Source of the DNA: an uncultured Pseudomonadota bacterium
Lineage (GTDB): Bacteria; Myxococcota_A; UBA9042; CAIXZC01
DNA length: 36,049 bases
Assembly (NCBI GenBank): GCA_937884235.1
Contig: CALGBT010000425.1
Coordinates: 1-36,049 of the forward strand
Direction of reading: 5' to 3'
Of this stretch, positions 7,367 through 20,247 are shown one piece after another (positions within the stretch are counted from its first letter, which is position 1; the number at the start of each line of letters is the position of its first letter). The position numbers were made by a program, and so were the translations under genes. Under the pieces are notes generated by a model. That model saw only the letters and a program-made list of their open reading frames with translations, made no database searches and was not told the DNA's origin.

Positions 7367-9757
7367 ATGAAGATCATCCTTATCGGAGCAGAACTCGAAG
7401 AAAACCTGGCCGTTCGCTATCTCGCCCCGCCCCTGCTTGATGCCGGACACGAGGTAGAGATCATTGCCTTTGACGACCCGTCGCAGCAGCTTCGGCTGGC
7501 CCGGGAGTTGGCCGAGAAGAAGCCGGACGTCATCGGTATGTCAGTCGCCTTCCAACACCGCTTGACCGACTTCCGCAATCTCGCTCGGACGCTGCGCAGC
7601 GCTGGCCTCGAGAGTGTCATCGTCTGGGGCGGGCATATTCCCACCGCCCGGGCCGGGCAGATTCTTGAAGCCTATCCCGAGGTGGACATCATCGTTCGCC
7701 ACGATGGCGAGGAGACCCTCCTTGAGTTGGTCGCCGCCCTGGACGGAAACTCGCTGGGAGTTGCAGAGGGTCCCAGAGAGGTGACCGGCCAACTGCTCCT
7801 GACACTCAAAGAGATCAAGGGACTGGCCTTCCGTCTGCCCGGCGGCAAGCCCGGCATGACCCCGGCGCGCCCCGCGCCGCGCAACCTCGATGAAATCGAT
7901 ACCCCCTGGCGGCAGGGCAAGCCCGCCCGCCACGGCGGCCTCGGCTTCTCGCCCATCCTCGGCAGCCGCGGCTGCTGGGGAAGCTGTACCTACTGCTCCA
8001 TCCAGACCTACCACCGCGGTCGGGGCGGCCCCCGGGTGCGCCTGCGAGAGCCCACCGCCATCGCCGCCGAAATGGCCGAAATGTACCATCACGACCAGAC
8101 CCGCATCTTCTGCTTCCACGACGAGAACTTCTTTCTGCCAAAGCCAGACCACACCCTCGCTCGCCTGCGGGAGATTCGCAGTGAACTCGACCGACGAGGG
8201 GTCGGCAAAATCGGCATGGTCGCCAAATGCCGACCCGACGAACTGAGCCCGAAGCTCCTTGGCGAAGCCCGCAAGATGGGGCTGATTCGCGTCTACGTGG
8301 GCATCGAAAACGGCTCCCAGGCCGGCCTCGACCACCTCGGCCGCAACACCAACGTCGAAACCTGCGGCCACGCCCTCCAGATGCTGCGCGACGCTGACGT
8401 TTACGCCTGCTACAACGTCCTGCTCTTCGAACCCGACACCACCCTCACCGACGTCTCCGAAAATCTTGCCTTCCTCAATGAGAACTCGGATTTCCCGTGG
8501 AACTTCTGCCGCACCGAAATCTATCCCGGGTCGTTCATGGAGCAGAGCCTCAAGGCGCAGGGCCGCCTGCGCGGTGGCCTCGAAGGCATGACCTACACCA
8601 TCGCCGACCCCCGGGCCGAACTGCTCTTCAGAATCAGCGCCATCGCCTTCTCGGGCCGCAACTTCGGCACGCAGTCCACTGCCAATGCCGCCAGCGGCGT
8701 CCGGTACCTGGCTGCTGTGCTCGACCACTTCTACGGTGGCCGCCAGGCCCGAGCCTTCTTGCGCAGTTCCAACGAAGTGACCCTGAGGCTGGGCCACGAT
8801 ACCCTGACCCGACTCACCCTCGCCCATGACTTCGTGGCCAGCGGCGAAACCAGACCCGGCGAAATCACCCGCTTCACCGCCGAACTGGCCCGCCAGGTTG
8901 CCATCGCCGATGCAGAGTTCTGGCCCGCCCTCGAAACCCTCCGAATCGAGATGAATCGCTATGGCTCCAGACACGCCCCTGCCCTGCTGGCACCTTCCAT
9001 GGGACGACAAGCTCTGGCGAAGACCGCAGCACTGCTGGCCGCCGCCGGGCTGGCCGGCGTCGCGTGCGACAGCAAGACGACGGTCATGGACCCGGTACCT
9101 GGCGACCTGCGGGACAACCAGGACATCATGGTCATGGATCCGCTGCCGGATGACGTCACCGGTCAGCAGGACGTCATGGTCTACGATCCCCTGCCGCCAG
9201 ACGTCATCGAGCAGGACTACATGGTCGTCGACCCCCTGCCCGAAGATGCCTTTGAGCAGCAGGACTACATGGTGGTCGACCCGCCGCCTCCCGACGTTGT
9301 TGAGCAGGACTACATGGTGGTCGACCCACCGCCCCCGGACGTCACCGACACCGTGGAACAGGAAGACATCATGGTCATGGACCCACTTCCTCCTGACATC
9401 AAAGAAGAGGACGCCGGGGAGAAGAAGGACGTGCCGCCCCCGGTAGACCCACCGCCACCAGACCAGTCCGCCTTCGAGCCCGCCCAGCCGGGGAGCCCCG
9501 CAGCACTGCCACTGGACCGCGGCTTCAGAGTCAAACTGACCACCGAAACCATCAATGGGGCCATCCACTTCACCACCCGCTGCACCGGCACCGCCGAACC
9601 AACCCTGCAGTGGACCTGCCGCGGCGGCACCATGGAGGCCACCGGCACCACCGCCATCTTCCGACCAACCGGCACCGGACCCGCCATGGTCCAGGTCCAC
9701 GCCCGCGCCGGCCAGCACCTCCTCGATGTTGCCACCTGGCTGCCTCACATCGCCTGA
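7367..9757 (+). CDS. B12-binding-domain (class B) radical SAM enzyme with a C-terminal membrane segment, tandem-repeat region and beta domain
   Basis: SD AGGAGA. N-terminal Rossmann/B12-binding module (MKIILIGAELEENLAVRYL, DVIGMSVAF, VIVWGGH). CWGSCTYC (CxxxCxxC) at nt 7973-7996. ENFF, VGIENGS. Hydrophobic ALAKTAALLAAAGLAGVAC at 9011-9067. Repeats at 9083-9466. Confidence 0.9.
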   Translation: MKIILIGAELEENLAVRYLAPPLLDAGHEVEIIAFDDPSQQLRLARELAEKKPDVIGMSVAFQHRLTDFRNLARTLRSAGLESVIVWGGHIPTARAGQILEAYPEVDIIVRHDGEETLLELVAALDGNSLGVAEGPREVTGQLLLTLKEIKGLAFRLPGGKPGMTPARPAPRNLDEIDTPWRQGKPARHGGLGFSPILGSRGCWGSCTYCSIQTYHRGRGGPRVRLREPTAIAAEMAEMYHHDQTRIFCFHDENFFLPKPDHTLARLREIRSELDRRGVGKIGMVAKCRPDELSPKLLGEARKMGLIRVYVGIENGSQAGLDHLGRNTNVETCGHALQMLRDADVYACYNVLLFEPDTTLTDVSENLAFLNENSDFPWNFCRTEIYPGSFMEQSLKAQGRLRGGLEGMTYTIADPRAELLFRISAIAFSGRNFGTQSTANAASGVRYLAAVLDHFYGGRQARAFLRSSNEVTLRLGHDTLTRLTLAHDFVASGETRPGEITRFTAELARQVAIADAEFWPALETLRIEMNRYGSRHAPALLAPSMGRQALAKTAALLAAAGLAGVACDSKTTVMDPVPGDLRDNQDIMVMDPLPDDVTGQQDVMVYDPLPPDVIEQDYMVVDPLPEDAFEQQDYMVVDPPPPDVVEQDYMVVDPPPPDVTDTVEQEDIMVMDPLPPDIKEEDAGEKKDVPPPVDPPPPDQSAFEPAQPGSPAALPLDRGFRVKLTTETINGAIHFTTRCTGTAEPTLQWTCRGGTMEATGTTAIFRPTGTGPAMVQVHARAGQHLLDVATWLPHIA
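9083..9466 (+). repeat. In-frame tandem coding repeats (7 units of 15-19 aa, 45-57 nt) within the rSAM ORF
   Basis: Units: VMDPVPGDLRDNQ / DIMVMDPLPDDVTGQQ / DVMVYDPLPPDVIEQ / DYMVVDPLPEDAFEQQ / DYMVVDPPPPDVVEQ / DYMVVDPPPPDVTDTVEQE / DIMVMDPLPPDIKEE, followed by DVPPPVDPPPPDQ. Confidence 0.9.
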
Positions 9758-9840
9758 AGTACCCCCTTATCGCAACCGCCCTTCACCTTGCGACCAGCAC
9801 GGCCATGGGTTAGACTCACTCACGCTACTTGGAGGACTGT

Positions 9841-14892
<5,052 letters not shown>

Positions 14893-14901
14893 AGTCCCCG
14901 C

Positions 14902-16698
14902 CTACAGTTGCTTCAAAGCAGTAGCGGGCATCAGCGTGAAATGAAAGGTCGACCCCTTGCCCGGCTTTGATTCGGCCCAGATCTTGCCGCCGTGACGCTC
15001 CACAACGCGCTGGCAGACGGCCAGACCGATTCCCGTTCCCTCAAACTCCCGAGGATTGCAGACACGCTGGAAGATCCGGAAGACCCGTTCACTGTCCCGC
15101 ATGTCAAAACCGATGCAGTTGTCCTCCACCGAAATCTGCCAGAAATCTCCGACTCTCTCAGCCCCAATTCGGACAACAGAAGGTAATTCGCTCCTGAACT
15201 TGATGGCATTGGCAATGAGATTCTGGAAGAGCTGACCGAGCAGCCCATTGTGCCCCAGCACCGAGGGCAACGCCGGCGAAAGCTCGACGGTGGCGCCCGC
15301 CTCATCAATGTTCGCGTGGAGACTTAGCCTGACCTGCTCAACGACCTCGCGCAGATCCACTGGCAGGAGGGTCGCAGCCCGGGTGCCGGCACGAGAGTAC
15401 TCGAGCAGATCGAGGATGAAGCGGTTCATGTGAGTCGTTCCATCAACGGCATGCCGGATGTATTTGTGCGCACCCTCGTCAAGTTGGTCCCCGTACTTGC
15501 GAACCAGCAAGCCCAGGAATCCACTGACGGTGCTGAGCGGCCCCTGAAGGTCATGCGAAACCGTGTGGGCAAACTGCGTCAGATCGGCGTTAGACCGCTC
15601 TAGCTCCTGTACCTTCTCAACCAACTCCCGCTCAGCCCGTCGGCGCGCGGTTTCGGTCCGGGCATTGGAGATGGCTAGACCGCAGAGATTAACGATGGCA
15701 AGCGCAAGATTAAGGTAATCGCCAACACGATCCGAGATGGGGAGTTCGCGCACCAGCAGAACCCCCAGATCCGCCTCACGAAAAGAAACCCTGACGGCAA
15801 AGCCGCCCGACAACATCGCATAGGCATCGCCAGGCCGTAGCGCCCGAAGGCACCCCGACACCTCGTCGTAGCGGACGGGGACCGAGCGAGTGGAACGAAT
15901 CTCACCATACCCCCCACCGTCAACGGGCACATAATCGACACAACCAGCTCCAGTCAACATCGAGAAAATCTCAAGGACCTTTTCCACGGCCTCATCCTCA
16001 CCCATGGTGCGGGTGAGTTCGGCGAGGAGATCGAAGGTCATCGCCTGCTGGGCAACCAGAGAATCGCTACGGCTACTCGCCGCCCGAAAATCCGCGGCAT
16101 GGCAGTTGAGCCGCCACTCAAGAATGGCCTTCTCCACGTGCAGACGCATTACCTCCAGGCCAACATCATGAGTCTCCCCTGGCAACCCGAGGTACTCGCA
16201 AAACTCCTTGAACTCGCCACCGCTCGGGCGCGCAACGCCAGTCTCCAAGAGGACAATGCGGGAGATACTCTCGCGAAAGAACTCCTGGGCGTGTTGCTGG
16301 TCAAAGCCCCATCCGTCGATGCGCTGGCGCCATTGGTCGAGCCAACCGGGCGTAAGCAGATAGGCCCCTTCTGCCTGGAGTTGCCGCACCCATTTCGAGT
16401 TGGCGAAGAGCGAAAAGCAGGAATCGACTGCATGGACGGCGGTGGGAGAAAGAGCATCGAGTACATCACCGGTCCTGCTGACACAACAGAATCCCAGGAC
16501 AATGAGGTCTTCGTCCTCCGGTCGGCGGGAGAAGCCTCGCAGAGCCTCAAGTTCTTCCGGGGTCAGGGTAGCGTTGGACTGGGTGCAACCCGCACGATAG
16601 CTGCCTACCCCGACATTGTCGTAACCCTCTGCCTCAAGGACCTCACGCACCTCCCTGAGATAGTGGTGACAGACGATGATCTGCAGTCGCCGAACCAT
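14902..16698 (-). CDS. Sensor histidine kinase with N-terminal DUF1638-like domain and GAF-like domain
   Basis: The ATG at 16698 overlaps the upstream stop (TGATG); the track starts at a GTG 3 nt upstream. N-terminus: LQIIVCHHYLREVREVL...LIVLGFCCVS...VDSCFSLF...AYLLTPGWLDQWRQ, DUF1638-like from memory. H-box HTVSHDLQGPLSTV, N-box LFQNLIANAIKF, G-boxes DNCIGF and GTGIGLAVCQRVVERHGGKIW. Confidence 0.9.
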   Translation of the reverse strand: MVRRLQIIVCHHYLREVREVLEAEGYDNVGVGSYRAGCTQSNATLTPEELEALRGFSRRPEDEDLIVLGFCCVSRTGDVLDALSPTAVHAVDSCFSLFANSKWVRQLQAEGAYLLTPGWLDQWRQRIDGWGFDQQHAQEFFRESISRIVLLETGVARPSGGEFKEFCEYLGLPGETHDVGLEVMRLHVEKAILEWRLNCHAADFRAASSRSDSLVAQQAMTFDLLAELTRTMGEDEAVEKVLEIFSMLTGAGCVDYVPVDGGGYGEIRSTRSVPVRYDEVSGCLRALRPGDAYAMLSGGFAVRVSFREADLGVLLVRELPISDRVGDYLNLALAIVNLCGLAISNARTETARRRAERELVEKVQELERSNADLTQFAHTVSHDLQGPLSTVSGFLGLLVRKYGDQLDEGAHKYIRHAVDGTTHMNRFILDLLEYSRAGTRAATLLPVDLREVVEQVRLSLHANIDEAGATVELSPALPSVLGHNGLLGQLFQNLIANAIKFRSELPSVVRIGAERVGDFWQISVEDNCIGFDMRDSERVFRIFQRVCNPREFEGTGIGLAVCQRVVERHGGKIWAESKPGKGSTFHFTLMPATALKQL

Positions 16699-17381
16699 CA
16701 CGCCTCTTGGGGGATCACGGGAGGCCGCACAAAAGCCTCATCTAACATCTGGCGCACGATATGAACTGCATCACTCGCAGCTACTCCGCAGGCATCGGCA
16801 CCAACTTCCCGCCAAAGCTGGTCGTCGATGCGAAATGGAGCGCCCCCCACAACCACCGCAGTATCCGGGCTCTCTTCACGTAAGCGAGCAATGACCTGCT
16901 TGACCCGGATGGCTGAGGGCAGCATGAGCACCGAGATGAGGAGCACCTTAATCTGCTCCTCACAGACCCGCTTGACCAATGTCTCCAGCGACACAGAGCC
17001 ATAACAACTGACTGCGAAACCGGCAACTCGCAACGCGGAACAGACAATACGCTGCCCCAACAGGTGCGAATCCTCGAATACCGCAACTGCGATCTGCGGC
17101 ATTGAAGCTCCACCTGCAGTCTCAGCAGCAGGACCGGGTAGTCCATTCAGGATCTCCTCGCAGAGACGACCGCTCATGTAGACCTGGGCTAGCGACACCC
17201 GGCCCGTCTCCCAGCCCTCCCCGATACGCTCGAGGACAGGAACCAGCAGGGCCTCCACATTCTCAAGGGAAAGCTCCTGTCCACCCCTCACGATCAACCC
17301 CTGTACAGACACCCGGTCGACCGCGAGCAGGGCCTGCTCCAGTTCATCCAGCAAAGACAGATTCTGCAGAATCCCAGTCAT
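16698..17381 (-). CDS. Stand-alone corrinoid (cobalamin)-binding protein: helical cap plus B12-binding Rossmann domain
   Basis: Cap region LVPVLERIGEGWETGRVSLAQVYMSG. DxHxxG present as D-S-H-L-L-G (nt 17055-17072). SxL (ISVL) and GG (VVVGGAPF) motifs present. 227 aa, the size of MtaC/MtbC-type corrinoid proteins. Confidence 0.85.
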   Translation of the reverse strand: MTGILQNLSLLDELEQALLAVDRVSVQGLIVRGGQELSLENVEALLVPVLERIGEGWETGRVSLAQVYMSGRLCEEILNGLPGPAAETAGGASMPQIAVAVFEDSHLLGQRIVCSALRVAGFAVSCYGSVSLETLVKRVCEEQIKVLLISVLMLPSAIRVKQVIARLREESPDTAVVVGGAPFRIDDQLWREVGADACGVAASDAVHIVRQMLDEAFVRPPVIPQEA

Positions 17382-17589
17382 GGCCCTTTCCCCCCACTCT
17401 CGGAAAACCTTCCTGGCAAATCGCCGGACTCAAATTGACCCAGGTTTCTGCCAGCTACAAAACAAAAGCACCAACCCTTAGTATTGGAACATCCAGGAGC
17501 ATAGTAACACAGAGATCGCGGCAGGCAACGCCCTAACTCCCCCCCCACAAACACCACCCAGCAATGCAACTGCGAAAAAGCCCAAAACA

Positions 17590-17631
17590 GCGGACGCGCC
17601 GCCAGATTTTCTTCTGATATCTGACACTTAG
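17590..17631. promoter_or_regulatory. Conserved 42-nt element, copy 1, 208 nt upstream of the corrinoid-protein/kinase operon
   Basis: GCGGACGCGCCGCCAGATTTTCTTCTGATATCTGACACTTAG matches 20248-20289 at 35/42 positions in the same orientation. Confidence 0.5.
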
Positions 17632-17677
17632 AAAACTGCAGTGCCGTCATGAAACAGGATTGAGAGGTCGCTGAATC

Positions 17678-18355
17678 CTATGGTCGCGGGAGCGGCCGCA
17701 GCATGCGTGAATCCAGCAGTCGCTTGAGCCGACGCCGCATCTTCCGCTGCTGCGCCTCTGTGAAGATGCGTTCCCTCGCAGGGACGGGGACTGGTGCCCC
17801 CTTGGTCATGATGCTGACGGCATCCTCGCTGTGGGGCAGGCCGAAGTAATGACCTAACTCGTGAACCAGAGTATGGGGCCAAGCGATGGCCGAGAGGATG
17901 ATCCACCGGTGACTCGTCTGCTGGCGGTCCCGCCAGTGCACCCCGTAGATCTCGCCAGGCTCGTCCACATTGTCGAGCCGCCCGGTGACAAAAACGTGGA
18001 TGGCGTTCTTTGACCAGCGGGTCCGTCCCAGACCATCCCGCGCCGCGCGATCCGCGACCCGTAGGCAATCGGTAGGCAACACCTCTGCAGCAACCACTTC
18101 AAAAGCGACCTCAAGGGGGGCAAAGAGCCGGTTGGCATTGCTCACCTGACTGGCAATCCAATCACTTTCCACCACCGGTACACCGTCCTTCACAGCAACG
18201 TACAGGTGAATGCCCAGGCACGTCTTCGCTGCGGCAGGACAACTGCCCGCCGCAGCCCCATAGTCCGGCAACCCGGATTCGCCAGCCAACAGTGGAACAG
18301 ATAGCATCAAGACCGCACAGAATGGCCCGAATCTGGCACCGGAAATCAATTGCAT
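17678..18355 (-). CDS. Secreted zinc metalloprotease, metzincin with matrixin (M10A)-like signature
   Basis: Signal peptide MQLISGARFGPFCAVLMLSVPLLAG. HELGHYFGLPHS matches HExGHxxGLxHS. A Met-turn candidate SIM lies downstream. The ATG at 18355 sits 10 nt inside the upstream gene and is preceded by GAGGGAAG. Confidence 0.85.
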   Translation of the reverse strand: MQLISGARFGPFCAVLMLSVPLLAGESGLPDYGAAAGSCPAAAKTCLGIHLYVAVKDGVPVVESDWIASQVSNANRLFAPLEVAFEVVAAEVLPTDCLRVADRAARDGLGRTRWSKNAIHVFVTGRLDNVDEPGEIYGVHWRDRQQTSHRWIILSAIAWPHTLVHELGHYFGLPHSEDAVSIMTKGAPVPVPARERIFTEAQQRKMRRRLKRLLDSRMLRPLPRP

Positions 18356-20010
18356 CTTCCCTCAAAGCAACTGCTCCCCAGTGGACAGTCTTCGGGGTCA
18401 GCCCAGATGGCCAGGCCGTCTGCAGGACTGCACTGAGCCTGCTTCAACTGCCCGGCGCTGTTGCAGAAGTCGGTGACGTGGACCCCGTCGATATCGTCAA
18501 CCACTCCCTGGACTGTCGGATCGTCCGACTTGTCGCTATCCTGGCAGGCGACACAGCGAGCCGCCTCAAAGGAGTCACGGCAGAAGTAGCCAGCAGGGCA
18601 TGGGATGATCACCTTGCTCAAGGACTCGCCATCGCAAAAGCGCTCTTTCACCACCTTGGGATCGTCGGTGCAATCGTCATGAAGGTTACTGGTATTGCCG
18701 CACACGTCACTGGTAGCGTAGACGGCCCCCCCGACGAGAACATTCTTGCCGCCGTCAGTATCGAAACAACCGAACTTGCACGTATCCTGGACAGTCGAGT
18801 CCTTCACGCAGGCCCCATCAATGCAGGCTTCGTCCTCGAAACAGTCGTACAGCTCCGAAGTCATCGCTTCGCCATTCGAGATGCACCGGTATTGCAGGAC
18901 CTTCTTCTCGATGAGCAGTTCGCCAGGGTTCGCCATGTTCTCGGCATAGAACCATGAACATTTGTCGGGATAGTATTGGGGCGGGCCACCTTCCGGAGTA
19001 AATATCAGCTGACCCGAGAGATAGATGTTGTCAGCGGGATCACTGTCTTTGCAAGTCTTGGCTTCCACATCGGGGCCAGGCCCTTCGGACTCCTCACAGA
19101 CCCCGAACTCACACTCATCGCCTTCGTCGCAGGGAACAAGAGTAGGATTGAGCTTCACGGTCTCCTTGAGTGGGGGCAGGGTCGTGCCCGTGTGCAAGGG
19201 ACAGACGAAGGAATTGACCTGCACATGGTCATAGCTGCACCCATCTGTGATCAACCAGGTTTCCCCGGTGGTTGGACTGTACAGGAAGATCTTGCCAGCG
19301 ACCTCATCATTCCGCTCAGCGGGAGGCTCGGTATCGGTGCAGATAAATCCCCCACACATTCCATCACCACACAGAACCTCTGGGTCACATACACTGGCAT
19401 CGGAATGAAAGGTGCCGTCCTCGTTGCAGTAGTAGTAGTCAACCGTGTAGGCATCCTTGCAGACGGAGATGTGAGTCTTGCCATCTTCGTTCGTCCACAC
19501 GCTCCCGCCAGGGTGCGGAGCCTCGGCCTCAGGTTCGGTGCACAACACCACGCTGTCTTCCACGCACTCGCCCATCTCGCAGTTGCACTTGATGTAAACC
19601 GGCTCCAACTCCGAAGGTTCGGTCTCCGGTCCGTGGTACCCCACGCACGTCACCTCCTTCAACATCCCATTTGGACCAGTTATCTTGCATTCGTCATAGA
19701 GCAAAACGAGCAGCCCGTTCTCGTCGGTATAGACCACATACCCGGCCTGGAGGTAGTTGTTGGCATCGTCCGTATCAACGCAGCCATTCTCAAACACCGG
19801 TGCGGGCCCGGAGTCTGCCGCACCACCCGCGTCGGAACTGCCCGTCGGCAGCTCCTCCACCAACTGGTCGAGATACTCCGCCTCCCATCCGTCAGGACTC
19901 TCACTTGCAACAGAATCCCCTGTCTGGTTTGCCGGGAGAATGCGCAGGCAGGAACCGGCCAGAAACACTGGCGCCAGCAGAACGGGCAGCAATCTGCCAA
20001 CTCTGTTCAT
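18346..20010 (-). CDS. Lipoprotein made of six Cys-rich ~70-95 aa modules (unnamed family)
   Basis: MNRVGRLLPVLLAPVFLAGSC has a lipobox, followed by an acidic linker. Six modules begin at CVDTDDANNY, CTEPEAEAPH, CTDTEPPAER, CKDSDPADNIY, CFDTDGGKNV and CQDSDKSDDP. Each ends in C..G..C..G.C. Confidence 0.85.
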   Translation of the reverse strand: MNRVGRLLPVLLAPVFLAGSCLRILPANQTGDSVASESPDGWEAEYLDQLVEELPTGSSDAGGAADSGPAPVFENGCVDTDDANNYLQAGYVVYTDENGLLVLLYDECKITGPNGMLKEVTCVGYHGPETEPSELEPVYIKCNCEMGECVEDSVVLCTEPEAEAPHPGGSVWTNEDGKTHISVCKDAYTVDYYYCNEDGTFHSDASVCDPEVLCGDGMCGGFICTDTEPPAERNDEVAGKIFLYSPTTGETWLITDGCSYDHVQVNSFVCPLHTGTTLPPLKETVKLNPTLVPCDEGDECEFGVCEESEGPGPDVEAKTCKDSDPADNIYLSGQLIFTPEGGPPQYYPDKCSWFYAENMANPGELLIEKKVLQYRCISNGEAMTSELYDCFEDEACIDGACVKDSTVQDTCKFGCFDTDGGKNVLVGGAVYATSDVCGNTSNLHDDCTDDPKVVKERFCDGESLSKVIIPCPAGYFCRDSFEAARCVACQDSDKSDDPTVQGVVDDIDGVHVTDFCNSAGQLKQAQCSPADGLAIWADPEDCPLGSSCFEGRCN

Positions 20011-20247
20011 TCATACTCCCCGGCTATTCGACAACAGGCAATTGTACTCTACACGCCCAACCGATGCAACCTGCCCTCGGGAAATCCAGGCTTCTGCGCT
20101 GTGCCCTTCCCGGAGTGTCTTCCTGAACACAGTGAAGGATCTCTACGCACGACCTGCCTTGCGCTTGCCGCCTCACCAGTCCCTTGCTCCGGACCTCTCG
20201 TCCCATCGGGGGGGCTCCCCCCGACGGGCTCGTTGCGGACGATCATT

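Noticed and set aside
264-9067. Stop-codon reassignment or programmed read-through as the explanation for the two in-frame junctions (TSP3 tail at 264-356; rSAM at 8999-9067).
   Set aside because: No stop codon is present at either junction. TAA, TAG and TGA are all used as normal terminators by the other genes in the window.
7541-9748. 735-aa minus-strand ORF opposite the radical SAM gene.
   Set aside because: G/A/V-rich with no motifs. The + frame carries the CxxxCxxC and B12-binding features. Long antisense ORFs are expected at this GC content.
17382-17677. Possible cobalamin riboswitch in the ~300-nt leader of the corrinoid-protein operon.
   Set aside because: Reading the minus strand, I found no B12 box or GGGAA...GGTG...CC core elements, only a short CTGGCA/TGCCAG stem. 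A covariance-model scan (Rfam RF00174) would settle it.
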